NCBI GenBank assembly: GCA_051362555.1 | Contig: CM120640.1 | Location: 6,448,001 to 6,512,000, forward strand | DNA length: 64,000 nucleotides | Direction of reading: 5' to 3' | DNA from: Lingula anatina | Taxonomy: Eukaryota; Animalia; Brachiopoda | In this document: one piece after another, positions 41,301 to 52,900 of the stretch | Layout of the letters: each line of letters opens with the position of its first letter | Position numbering within the stretch: the first letter of the stretch is position 1 | The notes under the pieces: model-generated | Database searches by the model: none | The model's input: the letters and a program-made list of their open reading frames with translations, nothing else | Told to the model about the DNA's origin: nothing | Program-made: the position numbers and the translations under genes

Positions 41301-44300
41301 ACAAAAAATCGAATTTTAAAATAAAATAATGTTATTTTGTTACATAAGTTGTTTACTGGACTCAATGACATGTTAATTAGTGGACTCCAGATGCTCACAT
41401 GTGGCTGTTGTTCCTCCTCACAGTCAGACTCATCACTGGAGACCAGATTCTGCTCCTGTACAGAGGACAGGAACTCTTCATTCACAAACAAATCACACAG
41501 GATGAAGTAAGCTGATGCAGTCACCTTATGTATATACATATAAAACAATTAAGGGTTTTATCATTTTAAGTAAAAGTTTAGCTCTAAAACTGGGAGTAGA
41601 ATCTACAAGCACTTGAAAATCAGCAATCACATTATTTTCTATTTTAAACAAGAATAACTTATAATCAATGACCTCAACCTTTTATAACAAATTTGATGGT
41701 GATGAAACATGGTAATAAATAAGCCTACATGGCAGTGCATTTCCTGTTATTGTGAAACTATTTTCAGCTTTTCTTAAATAATGATCATAATAGGATATAC
41801 TGGTAAATCTTGTACTACAAGCACATGAGCAACACTCTAAGCATGTATTTCTAATTAATTTTTACAGCAAGCTATACTACACCTGTGAGAACTTGTCCCT
41901 GTCCAACAATTTCAATGCGTTCTTCAGCAAAGTTCTAATTGTCCCCGACTTCTTCCTTCCACTACTTTGCCACATGTTATATGCCACTTTATATAGCAAC
42001 ATACCAACAGGGACAGTGAATGGATTGTCCATTTTATCATTCATGTCATCTGCACATAATGTTGTCAGGTCGTACAACTTAACTACATCATTGTCAGTCT
42101 CTGGAAAAACAAATTGGTGAATAAATGATCATTGCTATAACAGATTCAGACCACATTAAGTATAGAAATTTCAAAGACAAGAGAACCAAAGTGTATGTGC
42201 ATGTGAATATATGCCTGTGGATCCTTGCTTGCTAGTAATTGTGTGTGCACATAAATGCAGCATATGCAGTGTGTATTTGTGCATGGGAATGTTTGTTAGT
42301 TTACCTTCTTTATTAATAAAATATAAGATATACTAAACAGCACAGACTCCTCACCTTTAAAAAGCCAATAGGTATGTCCCTCTTTTGTTGCATTAGACTT
42401 GAGGAATGAAAGGATATTCTGTGCTATATCCTTCACCACTGTAGGGGAGAATTTGGAACTCTCCAGGTTTGGGATTTCTTCAGTCTTAAACAGCTCATAT
42501 TTCTGCACAGGAAAGCTTTACAATTAGTAAGCTTTTTTCATTTTTTGTATGTATCATAATACACACTTTCATGTTGCTTAGGTAAAATATGAGTTAGTTT
42601 TGACTAAAAGACACTGCCAGTCATTTTATCTATCTATCCATACCATCTTCCATAAGGGGGATTACTTATGATCCCAGAAAATGTAACAAATTTACCATCA
42701 ACAGAAAAAAAACGAATCATTTAACATCACCTGAACAATGCCATCAAGATGATAACACATGGCCAGCTCTGGTACGTTACACATCAAGTTGTCCAACCAA
42801 TAGTCTATCCCTGTCAGCACATTGATGGGTTTACTGGTATCTCTGGGAGAATTTAAATAGTAAAATTTAATGAAGCATTATTCAGACAGAACTGTACATA
42901 ATACTGAACAATAAGATCTGTTCATGTGCTTTTAAATATTATTTAAGTCCATTATAAAGTATACATTCTCTGTATCTTAAGTTTGATGCATTGTGTGCTA
43001 CTATGGTATTGCTATTGTACTACTATGACATTACTCAATATACTGTGACAGTGTGCGCTTTCTTTACCTTAGTCTTAAACTAACACATGGTCTAGCTTCA
43101 CCTCCAAAGATGGGAAGATCTGTTCCAATGAGCATACGAATGTCCTCAAAATTCCAGATGACAGTGCGCTGAAATTCTCCATTTCTTGGCTGTAAAAATC
43201 AAGAGTGTTGAAAAGAAAATATCTAAATATATTTTTAAAAGTGCTCCTTTTGATTTTAATTCAATCTAGTCATTATTAGAGATAAAAAAATTATATCAGT
43301 GCTAAGATTCAAGGGAATAATTTGGAACAGGAAATGTAGATTGTAAATTCTACATTAGTGCTGACTGTGCTGGAAAGTGCTTATGTGGCTAAGAAAATTC
43401 AGTTTGACTAAAAACTGATAAAAAACACTGAAGGGACATAAAAAAGAAAAAATCTATTTATTTAGAATTTGTCAAGTTTCTCTCATGATCTGGCAGAAGA
43501 AAGAACTTTACCTATCTACTCACTGTTCCTATAGAGGGAGATTAGAAGAGCTTTTTGTAGAAACACCTTGACAGACATAATAAACAAATACCATGTCAGG
43601 CACATGTACTGACCCTCAGAGTGCTCAAGTATATTAAGGTTGTTGCTAAACACATGCTGGGGTTACCATATTCAAGCATTTTGTCTTGAAATTACTTCAT
43701 ATGTTAATTTTATTGTAGCTAACTGAAACTGCCACAAGGAGAGGGTCAGACATCATGGACAGACACACAGACAATCACATTTATGGACAACTTGAGTACA
43801 ATACACTTCCTTACTTCATACTAGGAAATAATTATGCTAGCTTTACCCCAAAAAATAAAACTGATTTCAAAAAAGATCTAAATACCTCTTGTTCAGATTC
43901 TGGCAGCAATTGCTTGCTTTCCTTCCCCCCTTCACTGCTCTGACCACTATTATCCTGTATACTAAGGAGGAAAGTAAAACAATGAAAAAATCTGTTCTGA
44001 GTCAAAATTAAAACAAGCATAACTTTTTTTTTTAATGCTTCTTAAACAGCAGTAAAAAAAACTATGTGCTTCCAAATAATCTGAAGCATCTACAAAAAAA
44101 ACTTAATAACATATGTCAACAGGCAGCTTAGTTTGATACATTACAAGTCAATAATTAAGACAATAAAAGCATTATACCAACCTATAATAAAGGAATTTTG
44201 AAAACATATTCCTATTCTGAAGAAAATTTCTACTATTGTTTTTCCTCAAGCAAACTCTTTCCTAAAAGATGAAAATAATGCTTTATGTTAATTAACAACA

Positions 44301-45902
44301 CAAAGCAGAACTAGAACAAAAATAAGCTGTTGTGTTACAGTTTGATCTTTATTAATTATCATTCATTAAAAATCCTTTCTAAAATGACTAGAGGCAGTTT
44401 CTTATCACTTTTTTCCCTTCAGTGACAGAATACACTTAAAGCTATTGGACTCCTACCTTTTCAGCCTTATTCTGTTCCACAGTTTCACAGTAGAATTTTC
44501 TCATCCATTCCCAATCCTCCTAATCAAAAAAGAAGACAGGAATTCAGTAATTAAGATGTGGATAACCTCTTTATTCCCAATTATCCTTATTTTATTGAGA
44601 AATGACATGTCATAATACAAAAGCAAATGATACCGTGTATTAAACTTCGGTGTATCACACCTTACACTCTGCCATGTCTAGCAATAGAACATCTTTAAAA
44701 AGGAAAAATTATTGCCATTATAAATGGTTTATCATTTTTTGCTTACAGCAATCCAAATTAATACAACTGCTTATGTACTAGCCTTCTGACTAAAGGAACT
44801 AAGCCATACCTCTTGCTGCCTAAGAAGATGTCTGTGCACATCAAAGTCATCTAGGAGTAAAGTTTTTCCCACCCTGTGTACCATCATGCTCACATGACCC
44901 TTGCTGTACGGGAGCTTCAGTAGCTTCTTGATGTTCTACACAGATCAATAAATATACCGTTAAACTGTTTACTTTTTAAAAACACTGTGCACTGTTAATT
45001 AATGAGCACATCAATCAGATCACACAAACATTAAAGGGCAATAAGAGCAAACAGCCTGAAAATCTTTTAAAACTAGCCAATTGCCATTAATCAAATTCAA
45101 AACCTACAAATAAAACAATTTACAAATCTGGGCATAAAACTCTTACTTCAGAGTCAGAGATGACATCCAGTTCATCCACCAGGTCTGGAGAGCGATGTGC
45201 CATTTTGATACTAGAGAACTCGCTCCTCTTCCCCCCTTGCATGTCTTTCACGTAACACTCTTCCTCTGAGCCCCCACGAAGCCAGTTGGAAGGTGGTTCC
45301 TTCAGGTCTGTGTTCTTTTGCAGCTGCATGTATGTGGCAGGTGTTTCATAGCGGCAATATTTCACCACTGCTGTGGACTTCACCTCCGTGTCCTTGAAAG
45401 CAGTCTGAAGTGAAATTTATCAATGAACAGGGCTGCAGCAGAAGTATTTATTTAAAAAAATTAAAAGGTTAAAGTGGAAATAGTATATTCCCCTGGTAGT
45501 TTTATTCATGACACAATAATGTTTTATAGAGGAGAGGCACACTGTGGAATGGTCCATAAGTAACCATAACCACAGTAACTGTTACAGTACAAATAATTTT
45601 CTGATTTTGTGTTTGACAGAGTCAGAGGACGTTTCGCCCCCAGGCTTCGCATAGAAACCAGTCAGATTATTACCCAAACAATAATATGTAAACAAAAGTG
45701 TGGAAATTGAAACCTAACGACTTTTACTAAATGTATAATTGCAAACGCTAACATTTAATGTACTGTGCAATGCAGCTTTAACAATGTGATACGCTGGGTT
45801 AGAGGCTAGAGCGGATTCGCGTGTGAAGTCCAACAAAAACTCTCATTCAATTCTTATCTTTTTAAACATAGTACTTACGTATCCGTTGTCTGTTTCGGAC
45901 AT
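36208..45902 (-). CDS. EDRF1: erythroid differentiation regulatory factor 1 homolog (~1142 aa)
   Basis: 21 phase-consistent GT-AG exons: 45879-45902, 45147-45404, 44810-44935, 44457-44519, 44182-44261, 43886-43961, 43068-43189, 42731-42842, 42355-42502, 41883-42100, 41399-41524, 41001-41183, 40336-40735, 39820-40020, 39369-39572, 38881-39107, 38505-38663, 38021-38170, 37345-37492, 36728-36959, 36208-36379. Motifs VKSTAVVKY, PPSNWLR, NIKKLLKLPYSK, TGIDYWLDNL, LSFLKSNATKEGHTYWLFK, WELSSTYFAMASLLQDYAP and RAATIHHRLASLYH match EDRF1 as recalled. Confidence 0.93.
38260..38307. repeat. poly(G) plus (GA)n microsatellite in an EDRF1 intron
   Basis: Directly visible. Confidence 0.9.
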
Positions 45903-46033
45903 TTTTCTGTGGTTTATGGTGTCTATTCATGAACACTGCATCATCATGAATCTTCCAGAAAGTCTGTGTCAAAAACCATGTTATTGCCGGAAGTAGTTTA
46001 TCTACATTGAGCATGCGCATTTGCCATTAAGAC
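45903..46033. promoter_or_regulatory. bidirectional promoter EDRF1/PRADC1
   Basis: Only 131 bp separate the divergent ATGs. Contains ETS/GABP site CCGGAAGT (45987-45994) and NRF1-like TGAGCATGCGCA (46008-46019). Locally CpG-rich. Confidence 0.75.
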
Positions 46034-48257
46034 ATGGAGTGCGACGTGACGTTGATGTTACTTGTAATCTTTTTATTTGTCGACGTAACAGGTAAGATTC
46101 GTTAGTGGTGTTTTGCATCCTTATAAGAAAACCACTAGTTCTGATCTGTGTGAAACATATATGTATTATTATTGACAAATTAAAAACCAAGTCACCCAAT
46201 ATAAACGCTCTGACAGTCTGACATGTACATGACATGTACGGTACGTGACTGTACATTATGATTATAACTTTACTAGTTGCCAGTTAGCAGTAATTACTCG
46301 CCTTATAATAACTTCTACGTTTACATATATTACTGGGATACAACCTAAGTACATGCTGTTATATATATACTTAGTACCTGAGAATTTTAGGGTCTACATC
46401 TCCACAAACAAGATACTGTATAATCATTAAGTTAGGGACCATTCCCACACCCCATCGTACTGTACTAGCATGATCGATCTGTCTCCGAGTGGTTTCTTAC
46501 TAATTAGATCCTGCAAATACGATAGGTTTATGGGAACCCAGTCTTAGGCATCTAACGACGCATGCAAAGGCAGCTAAGATGTCAGACTGTGTATATATAT
46601 ATACATGTACAGTATGTACACATATACATATAGGACGTAGCACGAAAGTTCATGCGTTAGCACTCCTATTGACGATTCTGATATGCATTGGCTGTGTACA
46701 GCTAGTACATATCAGAATCGTCAATAGGAGTGCTAACGCATGAATTTTTGTGCTAACATAGAGGCTGAGGTACTAGCGCGAAATCCATGGGTCAGCACTC
46801 CTATTTACACTCACCTTGCCTGTTTTCGGTTCAGGCATGAAGTTTTCTTAGATCTCACTCTTAACAATCCAATTTCAGATGCATCTCAAGAAAGGAAAGT
46901 GTATACGAGTCCTCTGCGGGTCCAGTTGGAGGATGGGATATTCATGGAGATACTGGAGCCAGAGAGCATCAGGTTTACATACAAACTGAGACCGGCCAAA
47001 AATTTTGGAGGAGTTTTTGTAAGAAACCACCTGGTTACTTTTGATGTGTGACAGTTCTGTTCATTGTCTAAGCCAAAATTGTACCACCTTACATATTTTG
47101 TAACTCAGCTTTGCCATGTATTAGCTGCTGCCATCTTACTTCTACCAGTAACCTTACCAAAATATATTAATTTTACTCCTACACTTAACGTGTGGAAATA
47201 AAACACTTTTGAATCTGAACATGACCTGCATACAACATTCAATGAAAGTAGATTGATTAACTACTTTCTCTTAACCTTTATATTACTTTCTTCAGAATCA
47301 GAGTTTAGCTGGACTCCACCTCATTCCCACCGACCCCATCCATGGATGCAGCCCCTTCAATAAACCTTATCTGTTTGAAAACCAAGTAGCTTTAATAGAG
47401 CGAGGGTAAGTGTATTTGAATTTTATGTATTGTTTATCTATTAATTTTTAAATGCTGAAAAACATTAATGTAATTTAATGATTGAAAAAAAATCTCAATT
47501 CTTTGGTAAGTGAATATAATAAATTAACATCTAATGAAAGAAAATCTGTGAAAATACCCTTTTTTAAATTTTTTTAATCAACTCATTCTTGCTTTTCTGA
47601 AAATGATATGTAACCGGCACAACATATACATTTTCTGATATTACTGCAGCATTTGATTAATAATTGTAAAAACAGGTTGCTGGGCTTCTATATATATATG
47701 TTACGTAATGTAATCTGTATTATTTCAGAGAATGCTCTTTCCTAACCAAAGCAATACATGCCCAGCAAGCTGGGGCAGTAGCTGCTGTGATCACTGACAA
47801 CCAACCAGATAATGTGGAGATGTATATTGATATGATTGAAGATGGAACAAACAGGGATTCTGTCATTCCTGTTTTATTTTTGCTAGGAAAAAATGGGTGA
47901 GTGGTTCTCCTTACAAGTATTATAGTCACATTTTATTTTGTTGATGACAACAACAAAAATAATTAGTTTTGAGACCAGTAGGCAATGGATTTAGTTTGAA
48001 AAAGACCTTTATTTTTGATAAATTATATTTTGGATGCATTTTTATTCCAGCCTCAGTTTTAAAAGCCCAAGTCCATGTAGATATACCATTTGTGATTCTT
48101 TGTAACTGGTAAATTTTCAAATTTCCATCTTTTCAGATATATGATCAGGAAAACATTGCAGCAGGAACACTTAATGAGTGCTATTATCAACATTCCCGTG
48201 AACATCACTGGTATCCCAATTAACAAGCTGAACCAGCCACCCTGGTCTTTATGGTGA
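46034..48257 (+). CDS. PRADC1: protease-associated domain-containing protein 1 (198 aa, secreted)
   Basis: Exons 46034-46091, 46879-47018, 47296-47405, 47729-47896 and 48137-48257. Signal peptide, PAKNFGGVF, VALIERGECSFLTKA, IPVLFLLGKNGYMIR and C-terminal QPPWSLW. Confidence 0.93.
46638..46804. mobile_element. palindromic MITE-like element in PRADC1 intron 1
   Basis: 46638-46755 is a near-perfect hairpin (TTCATGCGTTAGCACTCCTATTGACGATTCTGATATG and its reverse complement). A further AGCACTCCTAT copy lies at 46794-46804. Confidence 0.75.
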
Positions 48258-48798
48258 AATCCTGTTGACAGTTATATTTTAATTGGAGTAAAAACCATTT
48301 TTCATTTACTTTTTAAAATCTCACATGTTCATGAATTTGAAAACCTATGCATTAATGAATTTTTTGTGCATTTATGAATTCAGATAATTATACACAACTG
48401 TTCATGATTACTGGCAGCCAGTTTTACGTATTTGTTTACCCACTTTTGAGTAATCGCTGTTGAATGACCCTTTATCATGATATAAGGAAGTTCTGTAACA
48501 TTTGGATGCATGCTACCTGGAAAATGTTGACTCAGCAGAAAGGATGTCTTAAAAATGAGAATTATTTGTATGGAGGCTGCTCAATGTATTAGTTATGTAA
48601 TGGACGGCAAAATTATTTGACATGCGATTTGTAAAAAAAAAATACAAGTTATATTTTGGGGAATAATGGTTACCTTCCCACCTTCCCTCTATGCAATATC
48701 TCTAGTACAGGTCTTACTAATATTAATACAAAGCCATTCTGTATTTATCATGGTTGACATTTCAACTTTAAGCTTAATTGTTGCCAAACATAGTGTTA

Positions 48799-49013
48799 CA
48801 CCCCATTTCCATAGATTAGATCGACCTACTTTAGATCAACCTAACTCCCTGGGGGTTCACGCTAAATAGCTGTCAGCCGGGCGGACACGAAAGTTAATTA
48901 CCCCCTTACAGCTTGTAGTAGGCAGGACGGACATTTAAGTCGGATTATCTGAAAGTAATCTATTGAGACTCCCCGCGGGGATAGATCGATCTAAAATCTA
49001 TGGGAATAGAGCC
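48799..49013. mobile_element. degenerate Harbinger-like MITE
   Basis: Left ATTTCCATAGATTAGATCGACCT and right AGATCGATCTAAAATCTATGGGAATAGAGCC are inverted, with TTA/TAA flanks. CpG-richer than the surroundings. Confidence 0.6.
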
Positions 49014-49917
49014 TAAGCTAAGGTTAGATGTCCTCTCTACACATTTTATCCTTACGAGTAAAAATAAAGATAGATTGTTATTTTGCTTATTTGCGTTGTG
49101 ATGCAAAAATGTGAATGAATATATAGAATATATAATGAAGGGTTAATTGAATGTTGGCATAAGACATCAAATAAAAATGTTATCAATGGAGTAGATAAAT
49201 CTTATAAGTTAATGGACTTTCCTTTTAAACCGTAAAAGAAAGAACAAGTCAACAAGTCTGATTCTGAAATATAAGTAATTCAGTAAATGCACTTCCAATT
49301 TATTGTAACGATTTTCTCAAAATCAAAAAAAAGCTCCAAACTACATACATTTCTAACATAAATTTATAAAAAATGTATTGATTTTCTCAGCAAAAGAAAA
49401 TTTTATCAAGCAACAATACCCGTTATTCTGAAGGGCACAAGATGTTTTCAAAAATGCCGTCTTAACTCGACTGCTACTTCAATTTAAATCAATTCTTTAT
49501 TTTCACAATTTATCTTTGCTTTCTCTAAGTTCTCTTAAATACTATATAGAAGTTAAAGACAAATAATTTGCAATATATTATTTACATATTCATTGAATGA
49601 AAAGAGCTTATCATTATCAATGCTCACGTAAAGGATTTGTTACATTTTATATACACTGATTTTTCATATAAAATTAAACTTACTTTTAATTACATCACCC
49701 TGCACACCAACACTTGCACCAGTCAAAATTTTAATTCACTTTCTCCTGTTAGCAATTAAAATGGAGAGACTAAATTATTTGTTATTGACATATGACATAT
49801 AACGTGTGATTTAGTTCTATACACTTATTTGATAAGTATCACAGAAATGAATTTGTTTAAAAAGAACTTAAATAGTAAAAAAATATTATCTGGTATCAAT
49901 AAAATGGAAGGAAAGTA

Positions 49918-52900
49918 TCAGTTCTGATCCGTCACTGGTTCCGTCAGCTGACAGTTTAAACCATCCCTATGACCTGAAGAGGACGAAATAATACGGTCCA
50001 AATTAAGATTCAACTAATATGAAGATCCAAGTGAACAAATAAATCATTTACTATCTTTGCAAAAAGAAAAGAAAAATGAAAAAAAAAATACTATGGAATT
50101 ATGATGAATAAAAAGGTGAAGCTTTTTGAAAAAATGTGCTTATTCTAAGGGATCATCAGTCTGAGAATAATTATTTGAGGTGCATGTTGGTGCATTTTAA
50201 TGCTCGTCTTGCTCTTATGAAATGTATTGTAAATCATTTCACCACACCTGTGCTTTACAGTAAAGGAACTTTGTCATAATGTACTTAAATCAACATCTAC
50301 AACTTGGTGGGGACTCCTGCTAACTGCAATAAGAACGACAGATGAACACACCTTTTGTTTCCAATGTACTCGTATAATCACCAGCTTTTCTGAATTCTAT
50401 TCAACCCCAGGAGCATTCAGCGAGAGTCCCCACAGATCGATATTGAACGATAGTTTCATTGGGAATGGGGCCTAAGGTATTACATAAGAGTAATGACTAA
50501 CCTTTGTAGAACCAAACCAATTGTTCAAGACTCTCAAATGATCTGTGCTCGCTGATGCAATACATATTGTCTTCTGTCCGCTTAATTTCATAGTGTTTGG
50601 GTTTCCAGTGATCATTTCCCACTGGTGAAAACACGGACAGGACACAGCACACTGAAAAGAATACCTACTTTAAAGATCAATTCGCATAATACCTCATCAA
50701 ACTTCTTCGTAAAAATTATAAGATTTTCTGTTCCCAACATTGTGATTTAAAAATTTAGGGAACGTCTTTCCACTTTCCTAGTATTCTTCTCAAGTCAAAG
50801 AATTGAGTTCTGACTAGTTCGACTGAATGCATGTACACATTCTTTCATAAAAATTAATATACGGGACTGAATTGTTGACACACATGGCAGAGGGCCACAT
50901 TCTGTATTACATTGACAAAGTATGACAGAAATGTACCATTACCATCATGATCTCCTTTATCTGCTCTACTTTTCTGTCTTAAAAGGTAAGCTCCCTTTTG
51001 TCCATGTTTCTTCAATATTTTCTTTGCTTGACGGCGATCACAGCTAAAAAATGCAATAATTACAATAAAGCTAATCATTTCATTTATCTAATTCCATCCT
51101 TTTTTTTGCAACTTTACCTTTTGTCATTGTAAAATTTGCCTTTTTACATATTACAGCTACAAGTAAATGATTCCATTTATACCTATAATCTCACTCACTT
51201 AGATAACTGAACACTGAAATCTGGTGGAGGAGCCACTTCAAACTCTGCCATACTCTCTGCCACTGCACTTCCTGATTCAGAAATGCTGTGTACTCTTTGG
51301 TATTTACTTGGTGGGTGAGACATTTGTCTTGTCCATGATGCCAAGGTACCATTATCTATCACTGATGGAAGAACAGTCTTCGACACTTTGGTAGTCAGGT
51401 AGAAGTTTTGGGGAGACGCTCTGCCTGGGTAGCTTGAAGACAGTCTTTCCTCCGGGGATGATGAGAAGTTGCCTGATGCACTATTCTGAGCTAAACACAG
51501 GCCTCCAGATGGTGAAGGAGAAACTGACTGTGCTTTTTGTTGAGTCATCACACTTAGCTCAGTGATGGCATACGGCTGTGTAGTAGGCAAACCAGGAGCT
51601 GGAAGAGCTGGTCTTTGAGGGTACCTCAATGCTGGGACCACTCTACATTCTTCAATCTCTAAGAAGTTCTTAGGGACATAACCAACCCTTTGGTCTCTAT
51701 GGTCCTTCACAAGCCACCAATTGAAATGATGACTGTAACATTTACAAAAATGAAGATATTTCCCATGCTTTATCGCAAATATTTTTACACTCCTTTATCA
51801 GACCCCTCATAAAATAAACTATTATCCTCAAAATTTGTAGCAATAAGTTTCAACAACCTGATTACATATGAAAATGACATAGATTGGGAAATCGCAGGAA
51901 AACAGAATTTTTTGATAAATGATCATTTACAATCTTTTCCAAAACTCTCTCTCTCTCTCTCTCTCTTCCTCTCATTGAGTTCTTCTGTCCTTTTAATAAT
52001 AATAACATGCACATTTAATGAGAAAATACATGACATGTAACATACCTATCATTGAGAATCTGGAATATATCCCCTGTATTGAAGGACAACTCCCTCTTGT
52101 GTTTTCTTTCATATCTAAACTTTCCTTTTGCCATTCTTGCTGTACCTAAAAATGCATTTTAAATCATAAATAAACAAATCTGTACAACTATTGAAAAATC
52201 TGACTGAAACAAATATACAATATTGTAATGGAATTAATGGCGAGACATTTGCAACTTCTGTATAACTGTATATGTTTGCTGTACCTCATGCACTACTAGT
52301 AAACAGAGAAATAGAATGTGTCTAACAAATAAGAATGAATTTTTTTTTGTAAAACATAGTCTTCAGGAACTACTCCCACATTTCAAAACTTATACAGATT
52401 TTTAATACTTTTGGATGATAAGGCAACTCCACTAACATAAAAATAAGTAAGGCAGCTCAAAAGAAATTACTTTACAAAAACTAAGCCAAAGAGGTCCAGC
52501 TCGTATAGGAAGACATTCTCATGAAAGGTAGATTTGACATACATGTTTCATAGATATTTTCATGCAACTCTCCAATGTGCTCGCCTCGATGTTGCCTTTG
52601 AACATGTATCTTCATCTGTGAGCGTCTGAGGACAGTGGGGCAGTGACCTGTAGGGCAACAGACTTGTGTCTCCTGGCAGTTGAACCATATATGAAGGTCA
52701 AGGGCACTGCCCGACTTGGTGCAGGCCCGAGAGCAGTTTGGACATTCTGTAAAATTTTCTGCCCAGCAGAGTTGAGGATCTAAACAAATAATATAATTTG
52801 AGTTAGTTTATCAGAAATGTTTTTATCCAGGTGTGAAACTATGAATAGCTTGTGATAAATCATGCACGCCAATTTACATAACACATAAACATGTACACGC

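Noticed and set aside
50300-50330. alternative SH2 terminal exon LAGVPTKL*
   Set aside because: Wrong splice phase. The 49918-49973 exon fits both the phase and the SH2 consensus (HRDGLNCQL).
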